DNA of 64,000 nt from a virus (Duplodnaviria > Caudoviricetes). The position numbers and the translations under genes were made by a program. Under the pieces are notes generated by a model, which saw nothing but the letters and a program-made list of their open reading frames with translations, did not search any database and was not told where the DNA came from. Position 1 is the stretch's first letter. Each line of letters starts with the position of its first letter. Shown here in pieces: positions 1 to 10,408 of this stretch. Location: the IMG/VR virus record IMGVR_UViG_3300032138_000942, positions 59,129-123,128 of that record. One strand, written 5' to 3'.

Positions 1-1622
1 ATTTATTAAAATTTGGGTCTAGACTTTATGGCTACACGTATGGCCTCCTTAATGATCCCTGGCCCGATTCGTTGCCGTTTTTAATGAGCAACAATAAAAA
101 TGTGGAAGTAGCTTTACAAATGATAGAACCAAATTGGATAGGCGGACACAATAATACACTAGATAACTGGCTTGACCGCCTAACTCCCTATCTGAGACGA
201 ACTAGGAGTTTTTCTGAAATACTGGAAGGGAAACTCGCCCCCTCTATCACCCTTGGTTTTAAAATATTAAAATATGGTTTTGACGCCCAGGGGAACAGGA
301 CACCCGATCCTATTTCAACCTATTTTCTTTCCAACACCAATGATCTAAAAGAGCAAAAAAATAAATATTTTGATTTTTACGACACACGAGTAAAATACGG
401 AGAAAAATATCAATATGATATTGTTGGACTACACCTGATCCTGGGCACTCGTTACGCCTATACTCATGTGGGTGACAAAGTTATAGAGGGCGACCCCACC
501 GGTGACATAGGTCCTTTGAATAGTTGGCACAAATTTACAGCAGAAGTAACATCGTGGCCAGATATCAAAATAGTAGAGCTTCCTTATCAGAATAATATCG
601 TCCTCCGAATGATGGACAAGCCACCTTTGGCACCGGAAATCGAGCCGGTTCCATTTAAAGGGGTCGATAACAAATTACTCTGGCTTATTCGTCCTCAATA
701 TGGCTCTAGAAAAGAGGTTCCTATTTCTATTTTACCCCAAGACACAGGGATTTTCAACAAACAATACGAAGCCCAATACGGGGGTGTCGTTGGACAAGGA
801 GAATTTTCAAGCGGAACGGGACAAATGGCCGAACAAGAACAGTGGGCTGAAAAGCAACAGGGCTTCGCTGAGATCGGGATTACCCCATTGGAATTTAAGG
901 GAGACGACCTTACCCAAAAATATCAAATGTTTAGGCTGTCTACACCGCCTAAGAGTTATGGATCCTTCGCTAACGCCGAATTGATAACTGAAATATCAAG
1001 CGAAAGATCGACCTCAACAAGCTTTCTCGATACTTTGACCCCAAATCACAAATATTATTATACTTTTAGATCGATAGATGTACACAATAATTTGTCTAAT
1101 CCGTCACCAATCTATGAAATAGAACTGATTAATGATTTGGGGACAATCTATATCGTTACTAAAATATATGACTTCCCGACAGAAGTAAAAGTGGGATCTA
1201 AATCAGCAAAAAGGTTTATCGCCATCCAGCCCGCTTTAAGCCAGCGGCTTCTAAATATGTCCGCGACAGGACTTGAATCAGGCGAAAACGGCGAGATGAC
1301 CACGGATGGGAAAAGCATGGAAATAAAATTGGGTCTCGATAATGAACTTCTGTTTGGGGGAAATAAGAGGATTAAGATACGACTTAATTCCAAAAAGACC
1401 AATCGAAAGATCGACTTCAATCTGGACTTTAATTTAAAAAATGTTCAAACCGAGGAGAGCTTAGAACCCGATGAATGGAAGTGGGCACCTGATAGTGCCA
1501 CTACTGGGCAAATACCAGCATCCCCTCCACCCCCGTGTGGAGAAGGTCAGATTTATAATGATGAAACGGGAGAGTGTGAAGACATCGTGACCACCCCAGA
1601 GCCCGATGACGATAAGTGCTAA
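1..1622 (+). CDS. Partial (5'-truncated) putative virion structural protein; C-terminal Pro-rich linker and small Cys module
   Basis: The frame of ORF 72..1622 is open back to the window start. FN3-like 'KYYYTFRSIDVHNNLSNPS' segment; ends PPPPCGEGQIYNDETGEC...DDDKC; precedes other virion genes. Confidence 0.55.
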   Translation, partial: LLKFGSRLYGYTYGLLNDPWPDSLPFLMSNNKNVEVALQMIEPNWIGGHNNTLDNWLDRLTPYLRRTRSFSEILEGKLAPSITLGFKILKYGFDAQGNRTPDPISTYFLSNTNDLKEQKNKYFDFYDTRVKYGEKYQYDIVGLHLILGTRYAYTHVGDKVIEGDPTGDIGPLNSWHKFTAEVTSWPDIKIVELPYQNNIVLRMMDKPPLAPEIEPVPFKGVDNKLLWLIRPQYGSRKEVPISILPQDTGIFNKQYEAQYGGVVGQGEFSSGTGQMAEQEQWAEKQQGFAEIGITPLEFKGDDLTQKYQMFRLSTPPKSYGSFANAELITEISSERSTSTSFLDTLTPNHKYYYTFRSIDVHNNLSNPSPIYEIELINDLGTIYIVTKIYDFPTEVKVGSKSAKRFIAIQPALSQRLLNMSATGLESGENGEMTTDGKSMEIKLGLDNELLFGGNKRIKIRLNSKKTNRKIDFNLDFNLKNVQTEESLEPDEWKWAPDSATTGQIPASPPPPCGEGQIYNDETGECEDIVTTPEPDDDKC

Positions 1623-1652
1623 AGGATAATAATTAATTTTTGTGTTACAAGA

Positions 1653-1678
1653 ACTATTTAAGAGGACGAACCTACTTA
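1653..1678 (+). promoter_or_regulatory. Putative late promoter motifs ACTATTTA (1653-1660) and CCTACTTA (1671-1678)
   Basis: Motif recurs just upstream of most structural genes in the window; followed by RBS GAGGAG before ATG 1703. Confidence 0.65.
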
Positions 1679-1702
1679 TAGTATAAAAAGAGGAGTAAAA
1701 AC

Positions 1703-2668
1703 ATGGGGTTTCTTGATAATTCCGGAGATATTATTTTAGATGCTGTTTTGACAGACACGGGCCGAATGAGGCTCGCTAAGGCTGATGGCAGTTTTAAGAT
1801 TACAAAATTTGCTCTGGGTGATGATGAAATAAATTATGAGCTTTACAGGAACGCTAACAGCCCAAAGGGTGCCCACCCCAGCGGCAGCGCTTATTACGAT
1901 CTAGATATTAAGCAGACTCCGGTTTTAGAAGCTTTCACCAACAATACGTCTCTTTTAAAATCTAAATTAGTAACCCTGGCAAACATGAACCACACATATC
2001 TGCCTGTTTTGAGGTTGAATGAGGTGGTGGCCGAGAATGCCAGAAACCAATCTACGACCCAGGCTAACGAAAAGTTTGTTGTAACCGTCAACGACACTAC
2101 CTCGAAGTTTGTGCCAACAGGCCTCAGAGAGGCGGGCGATCCAGTTGGTATTATTGACGGCGTTACTGGTGAGGGAGTCACAATTAGAGTCGACCAAGGT
2201 CTTGATACTCAGGACATTAGTCCAACTCAGGCTCTCGACCCAGATCTTTATGAAAGTCAATATTTGATAGAGATGGATAATCGGTTTGGCTCCATAACGA
2301 GTCCCACTTCTCCGGCATCAGCAATGGCTTATTCTTTTCTTGATGACGACAACATCGCCGCTTATTATGTTACAGCCACCTCACCTGGCGACTATGTGAT
2401 GCCGAATGGTAACACCCTGACAACAGAAGAGGCAAGCCAGATAATTTCAGGCCCACGAGGATCCATTTTACAATTTAAGCTTTTGGCGAGTACGGATCTT
2501 CAAACAAGCAACACCCTCTTTTTGAAAATGGGGGTTAACGACCAAACCTGGACAGATTCAGTCCCCACCGCGGAGGACGTCCGATACATTGACACCACGG
2601 TCAGAGTAACGGGTCTTACAACAGGCTACAGAATCGACATCCCAGTAAGATTTATTAAATTAAGGTAA
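1703..2668 (+). CDS. Conserved virion structural protein (baseplate/fibre region)
   Basis: 321 aa, RBS, late motif upstream. N-terminus 'DAVLTDTGRMRLA...FKITKFALGDDEINY' resembles tail-collar/baseplate N-terminal domains of large myoviruses. Confidence 0.55.
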   Translation: MGFLDNSGDIILDAVLTDTGRMRLAKADGSFKITKFALGDDEINYELYRNANSPKGAHPSGSAYYDLDIKQTPVLEAFTNNTSLLKSKLVTLANMNHTYLPVLRLNEVVAENARNQSTTQANEKFVVTVNDTTSKFVPTGLREAGDPVGIIDGVTGEGVTIRVDQGLDTQDISPTQALDPDLYESQYLIEMDNRFGSITSPTSPASAMAYSFLDDDNIAAYYVTATSPGDYVMPNGNTLTTEEASQIISGPRGSILQFKLLASTDLQTSNTLFLKMGVNDQTWTDSVPTAEDVRYIDTTVRVTGLTTGYRIDIPVRFIKLR

Positions 2669-2673
2669 GAATT

Positions 2674-3729
2674 ATGGCAAACGTATTTAAAAGTGTAAAC
2701 GCTGACGACATCACAGTTACAAGAACCCCTCTTCATGAGGCCATCCCACTTTCGGGAACAATCGTATCGGGAACATATCCCGAAGATCAAGGGACCTCAC
2801 ACACCAATATCAAGAATTATTCCCACGGAATATTCGAGTCGGTTTATGACTATCCCTATCTCAGTTCATCGGCCAATCATATTTTTGACCTTAGTTTTGG
2901 ATATAGTGCTAATTCTACCATTTCCCAGTCGGTATCACCAGATGTGACCGGATATGCTGGCTTTCAGCAGGACAAAAAGATTAATATTTACAATGAGATG
3001 GCCCAGGTTTTGATGGGGCACGATGCCACAGGGTCCATTAAAGAGTTCAAAATCCCTGGGGGCGATTATATTCGGGAAGCAGTCTTTGTTAGTTTTGCTC
3101 GGCTTTTATCTAAAGATGAAATTGACAAGAACAACTGGTCGTGGAAGCTGAATAAAAAGCTTGCTTATGCCTGGACAACAGCCCGAGCAGAGATGATTCT
3201 TGATGAGATAACTCTCCCCACTTCCAATAACGAAACAGTGTTCTATACAGACTCGCCAGCAGGCGAATATTCCGTTTTGTCTAGTGCCATGTCTGGAAAT
3301 GTTGGACTACTGTTCTATCAGGCCGGCATTGCTGTTCTCGGAACATCTTCTATTTCTCAGTTGACCGGAACGATTCTTGGTGGCGGAAACATTTATAACA
3401 CCATGATTAGTTCTTCGATCAGCGCCTCTTGTGATAGTTTCCGACACCACTGGGCAACACAGAACTTCAACAATACGACAGAGTTGAATTCAACAATTTA
3501 TTTCTGTCGAGCAAACCACAACCAGTTCAATTATAGTGCTAATCCCACCTATTTGACAGGTAGTAAAATTCGAGTAAAGGCAAGTAGTCTGGACCAGCCA
3601 GTCTCATATGTCACCACTGTCGGCCTTTATAGTGCTGATAATGAACTACTCGCCACAGCGAAACTATCCGAGCCCCTCAAAAAGACTCCTGATACTGAAT
3701 TGACGCTGAGAGTTCGACTGGACTACTAA
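2674..3729 (+). CDS. Virion structural protein with tail-collar/fibre-like C-terminal domain
   Basis: 351 aa; C-terminus 'YVTTVGLYSADNELLATAKLSEPLKK...LRVRLDY' is paralogous to the next gene. Confidence 0.55.
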   Translation: MANVFKSVNADDITVTRTPLHEAIPLSGTIVSGTYPEDQGTSHTNIKNYSHGIFESVYDYPYLSSSANHIFDLSFGYSANSTISQSVSPDVTGYAGFQQDKKINIYNEMAQVLMGHDATGSIKEFKIPGGDYIREAVFVSFARLLSKDEIDKNNWSWKLNKKLAYAWTTARAEMILDEITLPTSNNETVFYTDSPAGEYSVLSSAMSGNVGLLFYQAGIAVLGTSSISQLTGTILGGGNIYNTMISSSISASCDSFRHHWATQNFNNTTELNSTIYFCRANHNQFNYSANPTYLTGSKIRVKASSLDQPVSYVTTVGLYSADNELLATAKLSEPLKKTPDTELTLRVRLDY

Positions 3730-3790
3730 AGTGCTAAAAACTTTATCGATCACCTAACTATTTAATTTAACAAGGTATAGGTGGATTTAG

Positions 3791-5302
3791 GTGTCTTATT
3801 ATAGGTTCAAAGAAAACGATATTTTTACCAATACTATAGTGGCTCACCCCCACAGTAGTTTTATGATCTACAGCGGGAGCGTTTACTATAGAAACACTCC
3901 ATATGAGAGTGGAAGTATTTTTTATGGGAATGTCACACATGTTCCGGTCGGAGCCATTAGTCTTTACGAAGTGAACGTTGACCGCCCCGAGAGCGATCAT
4001 GATTACGATTATGAGAACAACACCGGAACCAAGACCATGATTCATCCCTTTGTGGTGAAAAGTGGTGACAACATCAAATTTAAAACCATCTCCACAGGGT
4101 CTTACAATGAAGAAGACTGGGGATCAACTCTCACATCGAGCTTCAATTACCCCCTCTCAGCCAGTCTATCTAGAGATTTATATCCTGAAAAGCATTTGGC
4201 CAGTGCAATTAATTACAGCGCCCAACACAATCTGCAGCTGTCACCTCATGAGTATGATGCTTATAGCGTTGATTCGGAATCCGAAGACGCCGGGATCGTT
4301 ACAGTTTCTAGTTCATATATAGAAGCCCTAAAGAACACTTTGAACTATTACACCCCTCTGAGCGACCAATACGCTTTTACTTCTTCTGCTCGAAACGGCG
4401 CCGACACAACTGATCAATTCCCGACAGGAACACCCTATTGGGATAAAGGCGTTCAACCCATCAACCTGATTAGCATCCCTTCGATTTATTATGGAGAGTC
4501 AATAAAAAGAGGCTCAGTGAGTGTTAAGTTTTATATTAGTGGAACTCTGGCTGCTGAATGTGCTGATGTTTATGAAAATGGAGAATTAATTGAGGTAAGC
4601 GGGACTTACGACCGCTTCGAATCGGGGTCTATTGCAGGAGTCGTGCTTTATAATGAAGGTTTTCTCTTACTGACAGGCAGTTGGGACATCAGCGCTGGCC
4701 ATCAAGCACCTTATACTGGAGGCTCCGCCACGAGCCCTTCATGGCTTTACTGGGGCGTTGGGATCACTTCAAGCCTCAATGCCACCGGATCCCTTGTTCC
4801 CGCTGGTTATCAAATAGGCTCAAAGGCAACTTTTAATGGAAGTGTGGACTACACTAAATCCCCCGGATATAACCTCCCCTCATCGAGCTTTTCGCTGGAT
4901 TTTCAGGGAGTAGAGCATATTCCTGTGAAAACTATGTTGGCACACGCCCCTATTGGAGAGCTTTATTATTCGAATAACCCCACCTTTACAGTGGCCAACA
5001 CCGCTTCGCTGGGAGATGAGCCAGCAGATTTTGGTGTGGCTCATGAGAACTTTATATCCGGCTCTATTCAAAAGGCCGTAACGGGCTCCACCTTTTATAT
5101 TGAAGATAAAGATCTAGAAATTAAAAACATTAACAGCAGTTCTTTTCCCAATTATACGGCTAGTTTTGAGAAAACAACTTATATTTCTAAAATAGCTCTT
5201 TACGATGATCAAAAAAATATTATTGGAATAGCAAAATTGGCCCAACCGGTTAAGAAGACGATCAACAGGAATCTTACATTTAAACTTAAGTTGGATCTCT
5301 GA
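3791..5302 (+). CDS. Virion structural protein, paralog of the upstream gene
   Basis: 503 aa, GTG start, ACTATTTA at 3757-3764; C-terminus 'YISKIALYDDQKNIIGIAKLAQPVKK...FKLKLDL'; S/T/G-rich. Confidence 0.55.
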   Translation: MSYYRFKENDIFTNTIVAHPHSSFMIYSGSVYYRNTPYESGSIFYGNVTHVPVGAISLYEVNVDRPESDHDYDYENNTGTKTMIHPFVVKSGDNIKFKTISTGSYNEEDWGSTLTSSFNYPLSASLSRDLYPEKHLASAINYSAQHNLQLSPHEYDAYSVDSESEDAGIVTVSSSYIEALKNTLNYYTPLSDQYAFTSSARNGADTTDQFPTGTPYWDKGVQPINLISIPSIYYGESIKRGSVSVKFYISGTLAAECADVYENGELIEVSGTYDRFESGSIAGVVLYNEGFLLLTGSWDISAGHQAPYTGGSATSPSWLYWGVGITSSLNATGSLVPAGYQIGSKATFNGSVDYTKSPGYNLPSSSFSLDFQGVEHIPVKTMLAHAPIGELYYSNNPTFTVANTASLGDEPADFGVAHENFISGSIQKAVTGSTFYIEDKDLEIKNINSSSFPNYTASFEKTTYISKIALYDDQKNIIGIAKLAQPVKKTINRNLTFKLKLDL

Positions 5303-5308
5303 TATAAT
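5300..5308 (+). promoter_or_regulatory. Extended -10 sigma70-type promoter TGATATAAT
   Basis: TGnTATAAT overlapping the upstream stop codon, 6 nt before the resolvase ATG (possibly leaderless mRNA), at the structural-to-replication boundary. Confidence 0.5.
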
Positions 5309-5313
5309 AAAGT

Positions 5314-5844
5314 ATGCTTTTAGGATTAGATATTTCGACATCTATTGTTGGAGCAACGGTTTTAAATGATGAGGGTGAAGTTGTTTATTGTGACTTTTGG
5401 GATCTCCGCAATAAAAATCAGTTCCCGACCCTTTATGATAAAGCGGAACGAGTAAAACAGATGTTGGCCATGTTATATGATGTTAAGAGGCTTCGATTCG
5501 ACTCGATCTTCATTGAACAGTCGTTGTTGTCTTTCCGACCCGGCTTCTCCTCAGCACGAACTATAGTGACTTTAGCTAAATTCAATGGAATCATCTCATA
5601 TATTTGTGAAAGAGACTTTAAAATTACGCCTGAATATGTGGGAGCAACGACAGCCAGAAAGACTTGTGGCATAAAAGTTCCCAAAGGCCAGAAGGCTAAA
5701 GAAGTAGTTTTAAATTTTGTTCTTGACAACGAGGGTGCTTTTGATATAGAATATACTAAGCATGGTAATCCAAGACCAGGAACTTATGACAAGGCAGATA
5801 GTTATATTATAGCAAAAGCAGGATGGAAAAGCACAAAATCTTAA
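5314..5844 (+). CDS. RuvC-like Holliday junction resolvase
   Basis: RNase H-fold motifs: N-terminal 'LLGLDISTSIVG', 'IFIEQ', C-terminal 'DKADSYIIA'. Confidence 0.8.
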   Translation: MLLGLDISTSIVGATVLNDEGEVVYCDFWDLRNKNQFPTLYDKAERVKQMLAMLYDVKRLRFDSIFIEQSLLSFRPGFSSARTIVTLAKFNGIISYICERDFKITPEYVGATTARKTCGIKVPKGQKAKEVVLNFVLDNEGAFDIEYTKHGNPRPGTYDKADSYIIAKAGWKSTKS

Positions 5845-6761
5845 AAGATATACTTGGGAAACCTTTTGTTTCCAATAACGAGTACTTGTTTCATTGCCCA
5901 TATTGTCGACATCACAAACGAAAGATGTCGGTGAATGTGGAAAAGGACGTTTTCAAGTGTTGGGTTTGTGACACTCACGGGAGAACTATCAGGCGAGTTG
6001 TGAAGAGATTTGGATCTTATGCTCAACTTAAAGAGTGGGACACCCTCTCTGGCCAAACCGATATTCTGGAATTTGACAAGCTCTTTGAAGAGGTCAAAGA
6101 AAAAAGTTCAAAAAATTACTTGACATTGCCTGGAGAGTTTGTTACACTGACAGGTGAGAACAAAAGTTTAGCTTCCATTCGAGTGCTAAACTACCTTCAG
6201 AATCGTGGAATAACTCAACAAGATATCGTTAACTGGAAAATAGGATATTGTCTTCAGGGACCGTTTAAAGACAGAGTGATTGTGCCATCATTTGATGATA
6301 AGGGCTACGTTAACTACTTTGTTGCTCGAACGTTTTCTGGAGACTGGAAAAAATACTTGAACCCCTCAGCATCTAAAGACATAATATTTAATCACCTGTT
6401 TATCAACTGGGATAAGGATTTGGTGATTGTAGAGGGCATCTTCGATGCCATCAAAGCCGGCACTAACTCCATCCCCCTCTTGGGATCGACCCTTCGGGCT
6501 AATAGTGTGTTGTTCCAACAGATTATTAAAAGAGACACATCAGTCTTTATTGCCCTTGATCAGGATGCTGAGAAGAAAGGTGCCGGAATTATCGGCAAAT
6601 TATTATCTTATGGCGCCGAAGTCTTTAAAATAGACACATCAGGCTTCGAGGATGTTGGAAGCATGACCCAAGATGAATTCCAGCAGAGAAAATCAAACGC
6701 AAAGTTTATGAACCCAGACACGTTTCTAATGGAACATGCTCTGGATTCTATTAAAATTTAG
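5823..6761 (+). CDS. DNA primase (Zn-binding domain + TOPRIM)
   Basis: CPYC..H..C..C zinc module, 'YLQNRGI', 'RVIVP', 'KYLNP', TOPRIM 'IVEGIFDA' and 'ALDQDA'. Confidence 0.88.
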   Translation: MEKHKILKDILGKPFVSNNEYLFHCPYCRHHKRKMSVNVEKDVFKCWVCDTHGRTIRRVVKRFGSYAQLKEWDTLSGQTDILEFDKLFEEVKEKSSKNYLTLPGEFVTLTGENKSLASIRVLNYLQNRGITQQDIVNWKIGYCLQGPFKDRVIVPSFDDKGYVNYFVARTFSGDWKKYLNPSASKDIIFNHLFINWDKDLVIVEGIFDAIKAGTNSIPLLGSTLRANSVLFQQIIKRDTSVFIALDQDAEKKGAGIIGKLLSYGAEVFKIDTSGFEDVGSMTQDEFQQRKSNAKFMNPDTFLMEHALDSIKI

Positions 6762-6770
6762 GAGAATATT

Positions 6771-9700
6771 TTGAAATTTGCCCATATAGCGGACACCCAT
6801 ATCCGTAATTTAAAATATCATTATGAATACCGAGAGGTCTTCACGAAGATGTTTAATATCCTTAAGGACGAAAAGGTGGACTATATTGTTCACTGTGGGG
6901 ACTTGGCTCACACAAAAACCCAACTAAGCCCAGAATACTTCGATATGGCCCAGTGGTTTCTAAAGAGCTTAGCCGATATTGCTCCGCTTTATATTATTCC
7001 AGGTAATCATGATGGAAATCTCAAGAATAGTTCTCGTCAAGATGCCATCACTCCGATTGTCGAAGCCTTAGCTCATCCAGATTTACACTTTATCAAGAAG
7101 TCGGAGGAGATTTGCTTGAATGACAAGTTTGCTTTCAACGTTCTCTCCATCTTTGATGAAGAAAACTGGAAAGAGCCTTCAGATTATGATCGAATTAATA
7201 TTGCTCTCCACCACGGTTCAATTAACGGATGTAAAACTGACCAAGAATGGGTGATGGAATACGGAGACAACGACATCGCCATCTTCAAAGACTTTGATTA
7301 TGTCTTTTTGGGCGATATTCACAAGACCAACCAAACGCTTGATGATGACGGTCGAGTCCGTTACTGTGGATCAACCGTTCAGCAAAACCATGGCGAAACC
7401 AACGATAAAGGATTTCTTATTTGGGAAATTGAAGACAAAGAAAGGTTTACATGTAAACATATCTCAGTCCCCAACCCTAAGCCGTTTATCACACTCGAAT
7501 TGACACCGAAGGGCAAACTCCCTCGAAAAGCAGCCGTTCCAGAGAAAGCTCGCTTACGGGTCGTGGCCAACAACAACTTACCCCTGAACGTTCTTAAAAA
7601 AGCCGTTGATGTGGCAAAAGCCAAATTTAATCCAGAATCGGTCACGTTCCTTAACCGAGCGGCAGGTAAACGAGGAAGTGTCGACGATCTTACCGGCGAT
7701 CTGGCTCAAGAAGATCTTCGAGACACGGCCATCCAAGAGAAGTTTATCCGAGAGTATCTTAAGGATTACGAAGCTCCAGACGATATTATGACAAGAATCC
7801 TCGACCTGAACCGAAAGTTCAACACTGTTGTCGAGGAAGGAGAGGACGTTATCCGTAATGTAAACTGGAGCATCGACTCCGTGGAATGGGATAACCTCTT
7901 TAATTATGGTGAGGGGAACAAAGTAAGTTTTAAGAACCTCGAAGGGATCGTCGGTATTTTTGGCAAGAACTATTCTGGCAAATCCAGTGTGGTCGACAGT
8001 CTATTATATACGTTGTTTGACAAAACTTCAAAAAATAACAGAAAGAATCTTCATGTTATTAACCAGAATAAAGATTATTGTCGAGGATCTGTCAACATCT
8101 CAGTGGGGGATAAGGTTTACAATGTGGAAAGAACTTCAGAGAAGTATATAAAGACTCTTCATGGACAGACAACTCAAGAGGCCAAGACAAATGTCGAATT
8201 TACGGCTAAAAACAACGTCTTAGGCGAGGAAGAAGAACTTAATGGTCTGAGTCGCCAAGACACCGATAAGAGGATTAGAAAGGTATTTGGGACCTCTGAG
8301 GACTTCCTTCTGACATCGATGGCCTCACAACTAGATTCTTTAGCGTTTATTAAGGAAGGATCGGTTAAAAGAAAGGAAATTCTGGCTAAATTCCTTGACT
8401 TAGAGATTTTCGATAAGAAATACAAATTAGCAAAGGAAGAGGGGGCAGAACTAAGGGTGGCGATTAAAAGATTGGAAGAAAAGGATTTTGCTGCTGAACT
8501 GGAGACAGTGGAGGAAGAAACGGAAAGAAACGTTTCTGAAACTCGGAAGCAAAAAAGACAATGCACCAAAATTAAAAAGTCGATTGAGAAGCTCCACACG
8601 AACCTCTCAGAAGTCGACATCAAAATAGGCTCCATCCCCGCGGAAGTAATTGATTATGAAAGCGTGAAGACAGAGCTTGAAACTAAGCAAAAAAAAGTCC
8701 AAACGATTATTCAAGCTAACAGAGGTGGAGAAAACGAAATTCGACAACACAAGGAGTACTTGGAGAAAGTTGAAAACCTTAAATCCGTTTTTGACATTGA
8801 AGAATTCAAAAGTAAACAGAGCATTATTACTGAACACAAAAAACAAATTAATACTTTGGTGGGAGAAAAGGGCTTCAAAAAAAGAAAGCTTGGAGATCTA
8901 AACAACAGGCTCAAGCTTCTCGACGAAGTTCCTTGTGGATCCGAATTTTCTCACTGTAAGTTCATTAAAGATGCTTATGATGCCAATAAAGACGTGGACA
9001 TCATTGAAGAAGCTATTCGTCGGATAGATCAAGCACAAGAGCACTTCGAAGGAGAGATCGAGAAGTTAGAACCTAAAAAGGTCGAGGAGTACATTAACAA
9101 ATTTGAAGATATCGAAAAGAAAGAATCAGAAACAAGCAGCACAATATCAGATCTTTCATTAAATATCGAAAAGAATAATAACAATATAATAACTTTACAG
9201 CTCGACATTGACAAATTAAGCACGAAGCTCTTTGAATATGAAGAGAATCGAGAGTTCATTGAAAATCTTGAGCAGCTTCTGAAAGAGAAAGCGGCCCTCA
9301 ACGGCGAAGTCAGTAATAAAAACGAAGAATTAGAAAAGTGTGAGCAGGAACTTCTCATCATTCATAAGGTTCATGGCTCCCTGGAACAAAAGCTCCAGAA
9401 TCTCCATGATCAAAAAGAAGAACTCGACACACTCAGAAAAGATTACGCAGCATATGACCTTTATGAAAAGTGTATGAGGTCAAAGGATGGGATTCCATAT
9501 GACATTATTAAAAAGAAGTTGCCGATCATTAATGAAGAGGTTTCCAAGATTTTATCTAATATTGTTGATTTTGAAGTATTCTTTGAAACAAGCGATAAGA
9601 AACTTGAAATCAATATTAAGCACGCTCGTTTTGAGCCCCGCCCGCTTGAACTGGGCTCAGGTGCCGAGAAGACTATTTCGGCCATGGCTATTAGGCTTGC

Positions 9701-9929
9701 TTTACTTAGCGTGTCGAATTTGCCAAAGCCTGACCTATTTATTCTTGACGAACCCGGAACAGCGCTCGACGAGGACAACATGGAAGGGTTCATCAGAATC
9801 TTAACAGATATGATAAAAACACAGTTTAAAACAGTCCTTCTTATTTCTCACCTTGATTCTCTCAAGGATTGTGTCGACACAACAATTGAGATTGAAAAAG
9901 TGGATGGACTAGCACATGTCAACCAATAA
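6771..9929 (+). CDS. Fused Mre11/SbcD nuclease - Rad50/SbcC ATPase (T4 gp47+gp46-like recombination nuclease)
   Basis: TTG start with AGGAG RBS. Metallophosphoesterase motifs DTH, GD, GNHD, HG, GDIH; Walker A GKNYSGKS; long coiled coil; signature GSGAE; Walker B FILDEP; ISH switch. Confidence 0.92.
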   Translation: MKFAHIADTHIRNLKYHYEYREVFTKMFNILKDEKVDYIVHCGDLAHTKTQLSPEYFDMAQWFLKSLADIAPLYIIPGNHDGNLKNSSRQDAITPIVEALAHPDLHFIKKSEEICLNDKFAFNVLSIFDEENWKEPSDYDRINIALHHGSINGCKTDQEWVMEYGDNDIAIFKDFDYVFLGDIHKTNQTLDDDGRVRYCGSTVQQNHGETNDKGFLIWEIEDKERFTCKHISVPNPKPFITLELTPKGKLPRKAAVPEKARLRVVANNNLPLNVLKKAVDVAKAKFNPESVTFLNRAAGKRGSVDDLTGDLAQEDLRDTAIQEKFIREYLKDYEAPDDIMTRILDLNRKFNTVVEEGEDVIRNVNWSIDSVEWDNLFNYGEGNKVSFKNLEGIVGIFGKNYSGKSSVVDSLLYTLFDKTSKNNRKNLHVINQNKDYCRGSVNISVGDKVYNVERTSEKYIKTLHGQTTQEAKTNVEFTAKNNVLGEEEELNGLSRQDTDKRIRKVFGTSEDFLLTSMASQLDSLAFIKEGSVKRKEILAKFLDLEIFDKKYKLAKEEGAELRVAIKRLEEKDFAAELETVEEETERNVSETRKQKRQCTKIKKSIEKLHTNLSEVDIKIGSIPAEVIDYESVKTELETKQKKVQTIIQANRGGENEIRQHKEYLEKVENLKSVFDIEEFKSKQSIITEHKKQINTLVGEKGFKKRKLGDLNNRLKLLDEVPCGSEFSHCKFIKDAYDANKDVDIIEEAIRRIDQAQEHFEGEIEKLEPKKVEEYINKFEDIEKKESETSSTISDLSLNIEKNNNNIITLQLDIDKLSTKLFEYEENREFIENLEQLLKEKAALNGEVSNKNEELEKCEQELLIIHKVHGSLEQKLQNLHDQKEELDTLRKDYAAYDLYEKCMRSKDGIPYDIIKKKLPIINEEVSKILSNIVDFEVFFETSDKKLEINIKHARFEPRPLELGSGAEKTISAMAIRLALLSVSNLPKPDLFILDEPGTALDEDNMEGFIRILTDMIKTQFKTVLLISHLDSLKDCVDTTIEIEKVDGLAHVNQ

Positions 9930-9940
9930 GGAGATTACCC

Positions 9941-10189
9941 ATGACAGCAGCACAACTTAATAAATTTAAACAATCGATTTTAGCGGACACCAACGGTGAA
10001 AAGATCGAGGAATTTTTTAAATATGTAACAAGGCTCGAAAGGCTGAAAGAAGAGGCTGACCAATATAGAGAGGTAATGAATGATGAGCACTCTTCATTCG
10101 GAGAGGAAAAAATAGCTTTTGAAAAATTGGAGGAAGCATTCTTGGAATATGACCTATTTTTAGGTAATTCCAACTATTTATCTCACTAA
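9941..10189 (+). CDS. Hypothetical protein (82 aa)
   Basis: RBS AAGGAG upstream; helical and acidic; fills the gap between genes. Confidence 0.6.
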   Translation: MTAAQLNKFKQSILADTNGEKIEEFFKYVTRLERLKEEADQYREVMNDEHSSFGEEKIAFEKLEEAFLEYDLFLGNSNYLSH

Positions 10190-10201
10190 GGGAGACATAT
10201 C

Positions 10202-10408
10202 ATGAGCGAAGAAACGAAAGCAAGATTAGACCGGTGGATGGAACGATGGGCTTCACGAAAGCTGATTGTTTGGGCCACAGCAACGGCCTTCCTGGCAATG
10301 GACAAGTTGGGTTCAGATGAATGGGTTGCTGTTGCTTTGACATATATCGGAATCGAAGGCCTTGCTGATATCGCCAGCCGCTGGAAACATGGCGATAACC
10401 GACGATGA
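10202..10408 (+). CDS. Putative holin (small membrane protein, 2 TM)
   Basis: 68 aa, two hydrophobic segments, 'SRKL' motif, charged C-terminus; ACTATTTA at 10173-10180. Confidence 0.5.
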   Translation: MSEETKARLDRWMERWASRKLIVWATATAFLAMDKLGSDEWVAVALTYIGIEGLADIASRWKHGDNRR

